This document shows, in pieces, positions 18,971 through 29,899 of a stretch of DNA of 64,000 nucleotides. Source of the stretch: Verrucomicrobiota bacterium (GTDB lineage Bacteria; Verrucomicrobiota; Verrucomicrobiia; Opitutales; Opitutaceae); assembly GCA_016871775.1 (NCBI GenBank), contig VHCI01000003.1:9458-73457 (forward strand), in the 5' to 3' direction. Each line of letters opens with the position of its first letter. Within the stretch, counting starts at the first letter, position 1. The notes below the pieces were generated by a model. The model saw only the letters and a program-made list of their open reading frames with translations. It was not told the origin of the DNA and did not search any database. The position numbers and the translations under genes are program-made.

Positions 18971-21661
18971 ATGCACCTCCGCCCTCTTCCGGCCCGCGCC
19001 GCGCTCGCGGCCCTCGCCCTCGGCACCTCCGCCCCCGCCCAGAACCCGCCGCCCGCCGCCCCGCCGGCGGCCCCCCAGCAGCTCGAGGCCTACGAGGTCA
19101 CCGGCTCCCGCGTGAAACGGCTCGACTACGAGACGGTCGCGCCGGTCGTCACCTTCTCCGCCGCCGCCATCGAGGACAAGGGCTACGCCACGTTCGGCGA
19201 GTTCATGCAGAGCCTCCCCTACAACAACTCGACCGGCGTCTCCGAGTTCACCACCGGCGCCTTCATCACCGGGGCGGCCACCATCAACCCCCGCGGCCTC
19301 GGCTCCAACCGCGTGCTCTCCCTGGTCAATGGCCGCCGCGCCGTCCCCTACGCGCTGACCAACAGCGCCAGCGGCACGCCACAGACGGTGTTCAATTTCA
19401 ACAGTATCCCGTCGTCCGCGATCGAACGCGTCGAGTACCTGAAGGACGGCGCCTCCGCGATCTACGGCTCCGACGCCATCACCGGCGTGTTCAACCTGAT
19501 CCTGAAGAAGAACTACGAGGGCTCGTCGGTCGACGTCACGCTCTCCAACACCTTGCGGCACGACACCCTGCGGCGCACGGTGAGCGTGTTCACGGGCCTC
19601 GCGCGCGACGGCTGGGAGATCACGGGCGGGTTCACGCTGCAGGCCCGGAATTCCAGCTTCATTAAGGACTACGGCGCCACCACCACGGACTACCGGTACC
19701 TCGGGCCGAAGGGCATCAACCAGAACAGCACGATCTACCACCCGTCCTACCTGAGCCTGACCGCGGCGCAGGCGACGGCGTCGGGCCTCGGGACCGCCGC
19801 GGGCTTCTACATCGTGCCGGGGCCGGACGGCGTGGCCAACCCGACGAAGGCCAGCTTTCGGTACGTCGGCACCTCGACCGCCGCCTTCACCAACGAGAAC
19901 CGGCAGGACTTCGCCAACGTCACGATGCTCTACCCCTCGAGCGAGAGCGGGGGCGCCTACGCGAGCCTGCAGCGCCAGTTCCAGCCGTGGGTCACCGGCT
20001 TCGCCAACGTCCTCTACAGCCGCAGCCTCACGCACTACGAACTGCAGCCCTACGGTTTCACCAACTCGCTCGCCGGCATCACCCTGCCCGCGACCAACCC
20101 CTACAACCCCACCGGCCTCTCGCTCACGCCCACCACGACCTCCTTCCCCTACGTCTTCCGCGGGCGCTACCAGCCCAAGCGCGAGGTCGGCAGCACCACG
20201 CTTACGACCGTGGCGGGCCTGCGCGGCACCGCCGGGAGGGGCTGGAGCTGGGAGGCCGGCGTCAGCTACGGTCGCAACGAGACCACGCGGGACACCGACC
20301 TGATCAAGGCCTCCGACCTGCAGGCGGCCCTCAACGGCACCACGCGCGCCACCGCCTGGAACCCCTTCGGCCCCTCGGAGAACCCGGAGATCGAGCGCTC
20401 GCTCTACACTCGCTCGCGGGGGCTCGACGGCAAGATCGACAGCCTGAGCCTCGACGCCTCGGTCTCCGGCACGCTGCGGCGCCTGCCGTGGCGCGGCGGC
20501 GGCGAGCCCGGCGTCGCGGCCGGCTACGAGTTCCGCCACGACACCCTGAGCTCGAACCCGGAGCCGAACAACTTCATCGGCTTCACCGCCACCACCCCGT
20601 ACCGCGGCGGGCGCGACAGCCACTCGGCCTACGCCGAGCTCTCCGCGCCGGTGCAGCGCTGGCTCGACGTGCAACTCGCGCTGCGGCACGAGCGCTACAG
20701 CGACTTCGGCGCCACCACCAAGCCCAAGGTCGCCGCCAAGCTCCGCCTGCCCGCCAACCGCCTTGTTGGCACCCTCCTGCGCGGATCCTATTCGGAATCG
20801 TTCAAGGCCCCGGATCTCGGGCAGCTCTACGCCCCGCAGTCCAGCGCCGTCACCACCACCGCCTTCCTCGACCCGCTGCGGCCCCTGGACGCCGCGCGCC
20901 AGATGCCATCCACGGTCGGCGGCAACCCGGAACTTAAGCCTGAGGAGGGCAAGGTGCAGTACTCCGGCGCCGTCTTCGAGGTGCCGGCGGTGAAGGGCCT
21001 GAGCTTCAGCGTGGACTACTTTGACGTGAAGATCCGCAACCAGATCAGCTCGATCGGCGCGTCCTATCTTCTCAGCGCGGAGGGGCGGCGGCTGTTCCCG
21101 GACAAGATCACTCGCGAGCCCGCGGGCGCGGACGGCCTGCCCGGCCGGATCACGCGCATCGGCACCATCTCGGGCAACCTCGGCTTCCAGCTCTACCGCG
21201 GCCTCGACTACGGGCTGCGCTACGGCCTCCGCAACACCCGCCTCGGCACCTTCACCTTCGACGCGACCGCCAGCCACGTGCTCAAGAAGGGATCCGACGC
21301 GGGCACAGGCGGCGGATTCTTCGACAACACCGGTTTGGCCTTCGACGTCGAGTGGCGCTACAACTACAGTTTTAGCTGGAGCCGCCGGGCGTGGAGCGCG
21401 CGCGTGGTCGCCGATGTGGTCGGGAAGTACTTCAACGACAACTGGACCGCCGCCGGCTGGGGCGAGAACGTGTTCACAGTCGTGAGCCCGTCCGTCACCT
21501 ACCGCGGCTTCCGCAAGACCTCCGTGACCGTGGGCGTGACGAACGTCTTCGACTCCCGGCCGCCGGCGATGGGCCACCGGGCGCTCGGCTTCGACGACCG
21601 CGTCTACGGTGCTGGCGCGCTGGGTATCTCCGGCCTGATGCGCGTGCGCCGCGAGTTCTGA
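18971..21661 (+). CDS. TonB-dependent receptor
   Basis: Signal peptide, [34 protein letters not shown]-terminal F. Confidence 0.93.
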   Translation: MHLRPLPARAALAALALGTSAPAQNPPPAAPPAAPQQLEAYEVTGSRVKRLDYETVAPVVTFSAAAIEDKGYATFGEFMQSLPYNNSTGVSEFTTGAFITGAATINPRGLGSNRVLSLVNGRRAVPYALTNSASGTPQTVFNFNSIPSSAIERVEYLKDGASAIYGSDAITGVFNLILKKNYEGSSVDVTLSNTLRHDTLRRTVSVFTGLARDGWEITGGFTLQARNSSFIKDYGATTTDYRYLGPKGINQNSTIYHPSYLSLTAAQATASGLGTAAGFYIVPGPDGVANPTKASFRYVGTSTAAFTNENRQDFANVTMLYPSSESGGAYASLQRQFQPWVTGFANVLYSRSLTHYELQPYGFTNSLAGITLPATNPYNPTGLSLTPTTTSFPYVFRGRYQPKREVGSTTLTTVAGLRGTAGRGWSWEAGVSYGRNETTRDTDLIKASDLQAALNGTTRATAWNPFGPSENPEIERSLYTRSRGLDGKIDSLSLDASVSGTLRRLPWRGGGEPGVAAGYEFRHDTLSSNPEPNNFIGFTATTPYRGGRDSHSAYAELSAPVQRWLDVQLALRHERYSDFGATTKPKVAAKLRLPANRLVGTLLRGSYSESFKAPDLGQLYAPQSSAVTTTAFLDPLRPLDAARQMPSTVGGNPELKPEEGKVQYSGAVFEVPAVKGLSFSVDYFDVKIRNQISSIGASYLLSAEGRRLFPDKITREPAGADGLPGRITRIGTISGNLGFQLYRGLDYGLRYGLRNTRLGTFTFDATASHVLKKGSDAGTGGGFFDNTGLAFDVEWRYNYSFSWSRRAWSARVVADVVGKYFNDNWTAAGWGENVFTVVSPSVTYRGFRKTSVTVGVTNVFDSRPPAMGHRALGFDDRVYGAGALGISGLMRVRREF

Positions 21662-21714
21662 GCCGGGCGGGATTTTCGGTTCACAACGCGGCGGCGGCGC
21701 GCCACGGTACGGGG

Positions 21715-23286
21715 ATGGACCCCGCCCGCCTGCCGCCCCTCCTGTTTCTCGCCCTTCTGGCCCACCTCCGGGGCGCCGCGCCCGCGTCACCGCCCAACAT
21801 CTTGTTCGCGATCGCCGACGACTGGGGCGCCCACGCGGGCGCGTACGGCACTCCCTGGGTGCGCACGCCGCATTTCGACCGCGTCGCGCGCGAGGGCCTC
21901 CTCTTCCGCCACGCCTACACCCCGAACGCCAAGTGCGCGCCGTCGCGCGCCGCGATCCTCACCGGGCGTAACTCGTGGCAGCTGAAGGAGGCGGCAAACC
22001 ACCTTTGCTTCTTCCCGCCGGAGTTCAAGGGCTGGGGCGAGGCGCTGGCGGAGCACGGCTGGTTCGTCGGCCACACCACCAAGGGCTGGGGCCCTGGCGT
22101 GGCCCGCGACGCCGCCGGGAAACCGCGGCAGATGACCGGCCCGGCCTTCAACGCGCGCAAGGCGGCGCCGCCGACCACCGGCATCGGCAACGCCGATTAC
22201 GCCGCCAACTTCGAGGACTTCCTTGCCGCCGCACCCGCGGGCAAACCCTGGGCCTTCTGGTACGGCGCGATCGAACCCCACCGCGGCTACGAGTTCGGCT
22301 CCGGCGTGCGCAAGGGCGGCCGCCGCCTCAATGACGTCGACCGCGTCCCCGCCTTCTGGCCCGATCACGAGACCATCCGCCACGATATGCTCGATTACGC
22401 CTATGAGGTGGAGCACTTCGACCGCCACCTCGGCCGGATGCTTGAGACGCTCGCGGCGCGCGGACTGCTCGAGAACACCCTCGTTGTCGTGACGTCCGAC
22501 CACGGGATGCCGTTCCCGCGCGGCAAGGGCACCGCCTACGCCTTCTCGAACCACATCCCGCTGGCGATCCGCTGGCCGGCGGGCATCGCGGGACGCGGGC
22601 GCGTGGTCGACGACCACGTGAGCTTTGTGGACCTCGCGCCAACCTTCCTCGAGGTGGCGGGCCTCTCCCGCGAGCGCGCCGGCATGGCGGAGTTCGCGGG
22701 CGTCAGCTTCACCCCGATCTTCCGGAGCGACCGCTCCGGGCAAGTGGTGCCGGGCCGGGACTTCGCCCTCGTCGGGATGGAGCGCCACGACATCGGCCGG
22801 CCGAACGACGTCGGCTACCCGATCCGCGGGCTGGTGAAGGCGGGGCTGCTCTACCTTGAAAACTTCGAGCCCTCGCGCTGGCCGGCGGGCAACCCGGAAA
22901 CCGGCTACCTGAACGTGGACGCGGGCGCGACGAAGACCTTCATTCTCGAGGCGCGCCGGGGCACGGGCCGCGATCCGTTCTGGGACCTCTGTTTCGGCAA
23001 GCGCCCGCCGGTCGAGCTCTACGACCTGCGCGCGGACCCGGACTGCGTCCGCAACCTCGCCGCCGACCCGGCGCGCGCCGCGAGCCGCGCTGCGCTGCAA
23101 AAGGAGATGCACGAGCGGCTGAAGGCGCAGGGCGACCCGCGGATGTTCGGCCAAGGGGAGGTCTTCGACCGCTACCTGCACTCCAATGCGGCGCACGTCG
23201 GCTTTTACGAGCGATTCAGGCGCGGCGAGAAGCTCCAGGCCGGCTGGGTGAGCCCGTCCGATTTCGAGCCCCAGCCGCTGGACTGA
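21715..23286 (+). CDS. Exported Cys-type sulfatase (sulfamidase-like)
   Basis: [21 protein letters not shown] (CxPxR), [15 protein letters not shown]. Confidence 0.93.
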   Translation: MDPARLPPLLFLALLAHLRGAAPASPPNILFAIADDWGAHAGAYGTPWVRTPHFDRVAREGLLFRHAYTPNAKCAPSRAAILTGRNSWQLKEAANHLCFFPPEFKGWGEALAEHGWFVGHTTKGWGPGVARDAAGKPRQMTGPAFNARKAAPPTTGIGNADYAANFEDFLAAAPAGKPWAFWYGAIEPHRGYEFGSGVRKGGRRLNDVDRVPAFWPDHETIRHDMLDYAYEVEHFDRHLGRMLETLAARGLLENTLVVVTSDHGMPFPRGKGTAYAFSNHIPLAIRWPAGIAGRGRVVDDHVSFVDLAPTFLEVAGLSRERAGMAEFAGVSFTPIFRSDRSGQVVPGRDFALVGMERHDIGRPNDVGYPIRGLVKAGLLYLENFEPSRWPAGNPETGYLNVDAGATKTFILEARRGTGRDPFWDLCFGKRPPVELYDLRADPDCVRNLAADPARAASRAALQKEMHERLKAQGDPRMFGQGEVFDRYLHSNAAHVGFYERFRRGEKLQAGWVSPSDFEPQPLD

Positions 23287-23305
23287 GGCGGGACGGAGTC
23301 CGCGC

Positions 23306-24361
23306 TCACTCCATCCCGGACGCGCGCAGGACCGCAGCGTGCACCGCCAGGTCGTGTGCCGCGTCCCACGCGAGGGACCGCTCCCCGCGGATCACCGCCG
23401 CAAGGTCCAAGAATTCGCCGTCGTACCGCCCGGCCGCGGCCGACAGTTCCACCTCCTGGAAGCCCCGCCGGTAACCCTCCCGCGCCTCCGCCAGACCCAG
23501 CCGCAACTGCGGCGGCTCCAGCGGCCGCAACTCCGCCGTACCCCGCGTGCCCGTGACCGCGAACCAGCGCCGCTCGTTGCCCAAGGGGTCGGTGTGATTG
23601 CACCGGATGGTCGCGAGCGCGCGCGGGTACTCGAGGATCGCGAGCTGGTTGTCCGCGAAGGAATCGCCCGGCGACCCCAGCCGGCGGGAATGCCCGCTCA
23701 CCGCCGTGGGCGGGCCCAGCAGGGAGACAACCTGATCCACGAGGTGGCACCCGAGCTCAAACATCCCGCCGCCGGCGAAGCGCCCGGCGTCCCGCCGCAG
23801 GGCCGCGTCGGCCAGCTTGCCGATGCCGCCCGAGATCTCGGCGATGTCCCCAAGCCACCCCTCGCGCACCGCCCGGCGCAGAAAGACAAAGCCCGGGTTG
23901 TAGCGGAACATATAGCCGAGCTGCACCGTCAAGCCCCGCGCGCCCGCGGCCGCGAGCAGTTCCCGGAACGCCGGCAGCGAGGGGCCGGCGGGCTTGTCGA
24001 GGTGCACGTGCAGGCCCGCCGCGATGCAGCGGCGCGCCGTCGGCACGAGGTCCTCCACCACGGTCTCCACCGCGACCGCGCGCAGGCCCGGGGTCCCGAA
24101 CAGCGCCTCCTCCGTGAGCCACGGGAGGCCGCGGTACGCCGCTTGGTCCGCAAGCGCCGCGCGTCGCGCCGGATCCGGCTCAACCACGCCGACGACCTCG
24201 AAGTGCGCTGGGAGACGCCGGAGCGCGGCGAGCTTGCCCGCCGCGTGCGCGTGGGTGGTGCCGATCTGCCCGATCCGCAGGGGCGCTGCGGCGGGAGCCG
24301 CCCGCGCGGTCAGCGCCAGCACGGAGCCCGCGAGAAAGCGTCGGCGGGGAACGGGGCCCAC
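23306..24361 (-). CDS. Tat-exported Gfo/Idh/MocA oxidoreductase
   Basis: RRRFLAG twin-arginine signal; LDKPAG; ELGCHLVD. Confidence 0.85.
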   Translation of the reverse strand: MGPVPRRRFLAGSVLALTARAAPAAAPLRIGQIGTTHAHAAGKLAALRRLPAHFEVVGVVEPDPARRAALADQAAYRGLPWLTEEALFGTPGLRAVAVETVVEDLVPTARRCIAAGLHVHLDKPAGPSLPAFRELLAAAGARGLTVQLGYMFRYNPGFVFLRRAVREGWLGDIAEISGGIGKLADAALRRDAGRFAGGGMFELGCHLVDQVVSLLGPPTAVSGHSRRLGSPGDSFADNQLAILEYPRALATIRCNHTDPLGNERRWFAVTGTRGTAELRPLEPPQLRLGLAEAREGYRRGFQEVELSAAAGRYDGEFLDLAAVIRGERSLAWDAAHDLAVHAAVLRASGME

Positions 24362-24383
24362 GGGAGGGGAGCGGGCCGCGGCC

Positions 24384-25325
24384 TCAGGACGCGGTCTTTT
24401 TCACCGCCGCCTTCGCCGGGCGCTTCGCGGGGGCGGGCGCCGGCTTGTCGTCAAGATTCCGCTCCAGCGCCGTGGGATCCAGGTCGACCTGCACCCCGCC
24501 GGCGGGCACGGGCAGGCCGGCGCTCCAGAGGACGCCGTTGAGCACCAGCGTGCGCTGGCTCGGGTAGGTCCAGCTGCGGTGCAGGTCCGCGCCGGTGAAA
24601 CCGAACCCGCGGCCGCCGCCGGGCCGCTGATGCGCCCACGCGATGACCTCCACCCGGCCGACGTGACGCTTCGCGTCCGCGGTGGAGCGGGACTTGTCCG
24701 GCACCACCCCGCGCAGCAGCGGGGTGACCCCGGCCGGCGCGAAGTGCAGGTTGTAGAGCCAGCCGTCCGCAGGCGCGGCGAACGGCCGCACGCCGCGCGT
24801 CACCTCGTGGGCCGGGATGTCATTGAACTCCATATCCCAATGGCCGCGGCTGCCGATGTCGCTGTGGTACACCGCGCCGAGCCATCCCCGGATCGCGGCG
24901 CCGTCCGGGCCCGCCGGGAAGTCCATCGCCTGGTGCAGCAGCACGAGGCCGGCGCCGCCGTCGAGCAGCCGCTGCAGGACCGCCCAGCGCCGCGGTTCGG
25001 CGAAGGGCTGCTTGCCGCCGCCGTCGCCGAAGTAGACCACGCTGCGGGCGCCCTCGAGGACGCGCTCGTCGCGGGGCCAGCCGCGGGCGAGGACGGGCCA
25101 GACGCCGGGCTGGAGCCGGAGCCATTCGAGGAGCAGCGCGCAGCCGGCGAAGTACTCGTGGGCCATCGGCTTGCTGCTGGGGGTGCCGGCGAGGAGCAAG
25201 ATCTTGGCGAGGCCAGGACGCGGGGCGTCGACCTCGAGCGGCACCCCGGACTGGTCGTGCGGGGAGGCGGCGGCGAGCGGCGCGGCCGCGAGGAGGAGGG
25301 CGGGCAGGAGGCGGGGGAGGCGCAT
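24384..25325 (-). CDS. Exported ThuA-like (class I glutamine amidotransferase-like) protein
   Basis: Signal peptide, HEYFAG, GAGLVLLH, GRGFGFTGADLH. Confidence 0.8.
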   Translation of the reverse strand: MRLPRLLPALLLAAAPLAAASPHDQSGVPLEVDAPRPGLAKILLLAGTPSSKPMAHEYFAGCALLLEWLRLQPGVWPVLARGWPRDERVLEGARSVVYFGDGGGKQPFAEPRRWAVLQRLLDGGAGLVLLHQAMDFPAGPDGAAIRGWLGAVYHSDIGSRGHWDMEFNDIPAHEVTRGVRPFAAPADGWLYNLHFAPAGVTPLLRGVVPDKSRSTADAKRHVGRVEVIAWAHQRPGGGRGFGFTGADLHRSWTYPSQRTLVLNGVLWSAGLPVPAGGVQVDLDPTALERNLDDKPAPAPAKRPAKAAVKKTAS

Positions 25326-25334
25326 CGGGGCGGC

Positions 25335-26759
25335 TCAGGCGAGGAGGTCGTGGACGACGCGGCCGTGGACGTCGGTGAGGCGGTAATCGCGGCCGTCGTG
25401 GCGAAAGGTGAGCTGCTCGTGGTTGAGACCGAGCTGGTGGAGGATGGTGGCGTGTAGGTCGTGCATATGGACCTTGTTCTCGACCGCGAAGTGGCCGAAC
25501 TCGTCGGTCTCGCCGTAGGCGAAGCCGGACTTGAAGCCGCCGCCGGCGAGGAGGACGGAAAACCCGGTGGGGTTGTGGTCGCGGCCGGTGCCGTTGCGCT
25601 CGGCGTAGGGCGTGCGGCCGAACTCGCTGCCCCACCAGACGATCGTGTCCTCAAGAAGCCCACGCGCCTTCAGATCCGCGAGCAGGCCGGCGACGGGCTT
25701 GTCGACCCGGACGGCGTGGTCGAGGTGCTTGGGCATATTCGAGTGCTGGTCCCAAGCGGGGTTGTTGGTGTTGTCGGAGTAGTTGACCTGGATGTAGCGG
25801 ACGCCGGCCTCCGCGAGGCGGCGGGCCATCAGGCACTGGCGCCCGTAGTCGTCGGTGGATTCCTCGCCGATGCCGTAGAGGGCGAGCGTGGCGGGGGATT
25901 CTCGGGAGAGGTCGAGGGTGTCGGGCGCGTGGCTCTGCAGGCGCCAGGCCAGCTCGTAGGAATGGGCGAGGGCCTCAAGCTCGCGGTCGCCGGGGCGGGC
26001 GCGGAGCTGGTCGCCGTTGAGGCCGCGGATGAGCTCGAATTGGCGGAGCTGCGCCTCCGGCGAGAGGTCCGGGTGGCGCACGTGTCGGAAGGCGGCCTCG
26101 GCGGCTTTCTGGCCGCTGCGCCCAAGGGCGGTGCCCTGGAACACGGCGGGGAGGAAACCGCTGCCGTAGTTGCGCGGGCCGCCGTTTGCGAGGGTTGGGC
26201 TGAGGGAGACGAAGGCGGGGAGGTTCTCACTCTCGGCGCCGAGGCCGTAGGTGACCCACGAGCCCATCGAGGGCCGGAGCTGGTTGGTGGCGCCGGTGTG
26301 GAGGAAGAGCGTGGCGGGGCCGTGGGCGACGCCCTCGGTGTGCATCGAGCGGACCACGCAGTAGTCGTCCGCGTGGCGGGCGAGGTGCGGAAAGAGTTCC
26401 GAGACCCAGCGGCCGCTCTGGCCGCGCTGGCGGAACTCCCAGAGCGGCTTCATCACCCGCCCGGTGGCACCGGCGCCGGTCTTGGCGATCGCGCGCTGGT
26501 CGAGGAACTCGAGCATCCGCCCGTCGTTGGCGTAGAGGGCGGGCTTGTAGTCGAAGCTATCAAGGTGGCTGACGCCACCGCCCATAAACAGGAAGATAAC
26601 CCGCTTGGCGCGCGGGCGGTGGTGGCCGGGGCGCGGGGCGAGGGGATTGGCGGGGCGGCCCGTGGTCTGGGCCGCGAGGCCGGCGAGGGCGAGGAAACCG
26701 AAGCCGCAGGCGAACCGGCTGAGGGCCTGCCGGCGGGAGAGGGGGAAGGAAGGGTTCAT
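25335..26759 (-). CDS. DUF1501 domain protein (Tat signal)
   Basis: SRRQAL signal; AKRVIFLFMGGGVSHLDSFDYKP; WDQHS; SEFGRTP; RDH; VHMHDLHAT. Confidence 0.92.
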   Translation of the reverse strand: MNPSFPLSRRQALSRFACGFGFLALAGLAAQTTGRPANPLAPRPGHHRPRAKRVIFLFMGGGVSHLDSFDYKPALYANDGRMLEFLDQRAIAKTGAGATGRVMKPLWEFRQRGQSGRWVSELFPHLARHADDYCVVRSMHTEGVAHGPATLFLHTGATNQLRPSMGSWVTYGLGAESENLPAFVSLSPTLANGGPRNYGSGFLPAVFQGTALGRSGQKAAEAAFRHVRHPDLSPEAQLRQFELIRGLNGDQLRARPGDRELEALAHSYELAWRLQSHAPDTLDLSRESPATLALYGIGEESTDDYGRQCLMARRLAEAGVRYIQVNYSDNTNNPAWDQHSNMPKHLDHAVRVDKPVAGLLADLKARGLLEDTIVWWGSEFGRTPYAERNGTGRDHNPTGFSVLLAGGGFKSGFAYGETDEFGHFAVENKVHMHDLHATILHQLGLNHEQLTFRHDGRDYRLTDVHGRVVHDLLA

Positions 26760-26766
26760 CGGCGGG

Positions 26767-29637
26767 TCATTCGAGGTAACGGAAATCCGCGCTGGCGAAG
26801 AGCGCCTGCACCAGCTGCGCCCACGCCGCGGCCGCCGGCTCGCCCGGGGGCACGCTGGCGAGGAAACCGCGGGCCAGCGCCGCCTCGCCCGCCCGCGGGG
26901 GGCGGCCGAGGATGATGCGGCAGGCGCGGGCGAAACGCGCGTCGTCGTCCGCCGCGGGCGTCTCACGCGCGAGGCGTTTGGCCGCGTGCCGCGCCTGCTC
27001 GAGCACAAACGGGTGGTTCAGCAGGAACAGCGCCTGCGGGGCCACCGTGGTCGCGTGCCGGCGGGCGAGCGGCGCGTTGATGTCGGCGAAGTCGAAGGCC
27101 TCAAAGAGGTCCAGGCGGCGGTTGCGGAAGGCGGGCGTGTAGACGCTCCGCCGCAGGTCCGCGAAGACAAACCCGTACTCGCTCGCCGGCGGCGACGCGC
27201 CAAGGTTCGGCCCACCCACCGCGGCGTCGAGCCGGCCCGCCGCCAGCAGCAGCGCGTCGCGGACCTCCTCCGCCTCCAGGCGCCGCCGCCGCGCGTGCGA
27301 CAGGAGCCGGTTCGCGGGATCGCGCTCCGCCGCGCCCGGCGGCGGCGCGGACGACAACTGGTAGACGCGCGAGAGCACGATCTCCCGCACGAGGGCCTTC
27401 ACGGACCAGCCGTCCGCCGTGAACCGCAGCGCGAGGTGGTCGAGCAGTTCGGGGTGCGTCGGCGCCTCCCCGGTGGTGCCGAAGTTATCCACCGTCCGGA
27501 CCAAGCCCTCGCCGAGCAGCCAGGCCCAAACGCGGTTGACGGTCACGCGGGCGGTCAACGGGTGGCCTGGGTCCGCGATCCAGTCGGCCAGCTCGCGGCG
27601 CCCACTCTCGTCGGGCCGGAAGCCCGGGGCCTCGCCGCGGTGGGCGACGGCGAGGAAGCCGCGCGGCACCTTGGGCCCGAGGTTGCGCGCGATCCCGCGC
27701 ACCCGTATCTCCGTGTCGCCGATCTCCCCGGCCGCCTCGCGCACGCTCATCGCCAGCGGCCGCCGCGGGCCGGACGCGGCGAGCTGCTTCAGCTCCGCCT
27801 CGACTCGGCGCAGCTCAGCGGCCCGCTCCCCGGCGGCGGGGTCCGCGCGGTCCGGCGGGACGGCGGTCCCCTCCCCGCGCACGTCAAGCGGCAGCAGCTG
27901 CAGGGCATCCACGGTCACATGGCCGTCCGTGCCCTCGTTGGAGATCAGCACGTAGCCCTGGCCGTCCTTCTCGAAGCGAAACTGCCCCAGCGACAGCAGG
28001 CGCTCGCCGCCGGGCGGGGCCGTGCGCTGGTTGACGGTGACCGTAGCCTCGCCGTCCGCGTGGAGGATCGTGACGGGCACGTTAGAGGCGCGGTTAGCCG
28101 CGACGGTATAGGCGAGCCGCACCTCGTAGCGCCCGGACTGCGGCAACGCGGGCGTGAAGGAGACGGTCTTGGCGCCCTTGCCCTCGTTCTCGTCGGTGAG
28201 GTAGCCCTCGCCGACGTAGCCCGGGGTGGTGCGCGAGGCCTTCCAGGCGCCGACGACGCGGGCCTGGCCCTCGTCGAGGACGAGGCCGGGCAGCTCGGCG
28301 GCGGCGACGTTGCGGGGACCCTTCCCGGCGGGGGCGCGGGCGGCGGCGCGGAGCCGGGCGGCCTGCTTCTCGAGGGCGGCGAGCTTGGCCTCGTGTGCCG
28401 CGACGGCGTGTTCCTCGTCGGGCGGGAGCGGGAGCGCCGCGTCGACCCAGCGGGCCACGTTGTCGGTGTAGTTGTGCAGCGTGTGCGTCCCGCGGAGGAT
28501 GCCGGCGAGGCCGTAGTAATCGCGGAGCGTGACCGGGTCGAACTTGTGGTCGTGGCAGCGGGCGCAGCTGAGCGTCATCCCGAGGAAGGCCTTGCCGAGG
28601 GTGTCGAGCTGCTCGTCGATGATGTCCATCCGCAGCTGGTCCTTGTTCTGTTCCTCGTAATTGGTGGGGCCGAGGGTGAGGAAGGCGGTGGCGGTGAGGC
28701 GGCGGGCGCGCTCGGCGGAATCGGCCGAAGGGAGGAGGTCGCCGGCGAGCTGCTCGCGGATGAAAGCGTCGAAGGGCAGGTCGCGGTTGACCGCGTCGAT
28801 CACGTAGTCGCGGTAGCGCCAGGCGTCCTTGAACAGGAGGGTGCGGCCGCCGCCGCTGGACTCGGCGAAGCGGGCGACGTCGAGCCAGCGCCGGCCCCAG
28901 CGTTCGCCGAATTGCGGGGAGGCGAGCATCGCGTCGACTTGGCGGGCGAAGGCGGCCGGGCCGGGGTCGCGGAGGAAGGCGGCGGTCTGCTCTGGGGTGG
29001 GCGGGAGCCCGAGGAGGTCGAAGGAGGCGCGGCGGAGGAGGGCGGCGGGTTCGGCGTCGGGCGCGGGGGCGAGGTTCATTTCGGGCCAGCGGGCGGCGAT
29101 GAACCGGTCGATCGCGGTGCGGGCCCAGCCGGCGGGGTCGGGAGCCGGCACGGCGGCGGGAGCCGGCGGGACGAAGCTCCAGAAGCGGCGGCCCTCCTCG
29201 ATCGTCATCGCGCGGCGGGCCGGGGCGGCGCCGGGGACGGGCGCGGGCTCGTCGGGGGCGGGGGCGCCGCGGCGGACCCATTCCTCGAGCAGGGCGACCT
29301 CCTCGCGGGAGAGCGCGGAGCGGGGCGGCATCGCCTCGAACTCGAGCTTGGTGTAACGGATCGCCTTGATCAGCGGGCTCTCGTCGGGGCGGCCCGGGAG
29401 CACGGCGGGGCCGGAGTCGCCACCGACCAGCCAGCCGGCGGGGTGGTCGAGGCGGAGGCCGGCCTTGATCTTGTGTTCCGCGGCGTGGCACTCGAGGCAC
29501 CGGGCGGCCAGCAGCGGCCGGATGCTCTTCTCGAAGAATTCGATGCCAGCCGGGTCCGCGGCGGCGGCCGGCGCGGCGAAAGCAAGGCCCGCGCAGGCGC
29601 GCGCAAGGCGACGAAGGGTACCGGACAGGGGTGACAC
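26767..29637 (-). CDS. PSD1/planctomycete cytochrome C protein (PSCyt1+DUF1549+DUF1553) with internal beta-sandwich/CBM-like domain
   Basis: FFEKSIRPLLAARCLECH, GERWGRRWLDVARFAES, CARCHDHKFDP, HPELLDHLA. The start could be 29682. Confidence 0.9.
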   Translation of the reverse strand: MSPLSGTLRRLARACAGLAFAAPAAAADPAGIEFFEKSIRPLLAARCLECHAAEHKIKAGLRLDHPAGWLVGGDSGPAVLPGRPDESPLIKAIRYTKLEFEAMPPRSALSREEVALLEEWVRRGAPAPDEPAPVPGAAPARRAMTIEEGRRFWSFVPPAPAAVPAPDPAGWARTAIDRFIAARWPEMNLAPAPDAEPAALLRRASFDLLGLPPTPEQTAAFLRDPGPAAFARQVDAMLASPQFGERWGRRWLDVARFAESSGGGRTLLFKDAWRYRDYVIDAVNRDLPFDAFIREQLAGDLLPSADSAERARRLTATAFLTLGPTNYEEQNKDQLRMDIIDEQLDTLGKAFLGMTLSCARCHDHKFDPVTLRDYYGLAGILRGTHTLHNYTDNVARWVDAALPLPPDEEHAVAAHEAKLAALEKQAARLRAAARAPAGKGPRNVAAAELPGLVLDEGQARVVGAWKASRTTPGYVGEGYLTDENEGKGAKTVSFTPALPQSGRYEVRLAYTVAANRASNVPVTILHADGEATVTVNQRTAPPGGERLLSLGQFRFEKDGQGYVLISNEGTDGHVTVDALQLLPLDVRGEGTAVPPDRADPAAGERAAELRRVEAELKQLAASGPRRPLAMSVREAAGEIGDTEIRVRGIARNLGPKVPRGFLAVAHRGEAPGFRPDESGRRELADWIADPGHPLTARVTVNRVWAWLLGEGLVRTVDNFGTTGEAPTHPELLDHLALRFTADGWSVKALVREIVLSRVYQLSSAPPPGAAERDPANRLLSHARRRRLEAEEVRDALLLAAGRLDAAVGGPNLGASPPASEYGFVFADLRRSVYTPAFRNRRLDLFEAFDFADINAPLARRHATTVAPQALFLLNHPFVLEQARHAAKRLARETPAADDDARFARACRIILGRPPRAGEAALARGFLASVPPGEPAAAAWAQLVQALFASADFRYLE

Positions 29638-29737
29638 GGGAGGCGGGGTGGCCGCGGCGGGGAGCCGCGACCCCGGGAGCAAGCGTCAACCCCGCGCCGG
29701 AGGCAAGCGGGCAGATGGTCTCCCCCGGACGCCTCAG

Positions 29738-29898
29738 CCGGGACGATTCAATTGGAGGCGGAGCAGCGGGGTGAGATGGCGAGCGCATTTCAGCGGCGAA
29801 GGACCGAGGAATACCCGGAGGGTATTGCGACGGGAGAGAGCCACTGAAAGGTGCCGGCAGGTCACCTCGGGGCGACCCGATCAACTGAATCGTCCGGG
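29738..29898. mobile_element. MITE-like structured repeat, copy B (complete)
   Basis: Terminal inverted repeats CCGGGACGATTCAATTG / CAACTGAATCGTCCGGG (2 mismatches in 17). Flanked by direct repeat CTCAG (29733-37, 29899-903). No ORF inside. Confidence 0.8.
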
Positions 29899-29899
29899 C

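Noticed and set aside
16100-21790. 1896-aa minus-strand ORF as one giant protein
   Set aside because: Only 16100-18823 has TBDR features and its own signal peptide. The rest is the antisense shadow of the plus-strand TBDR.
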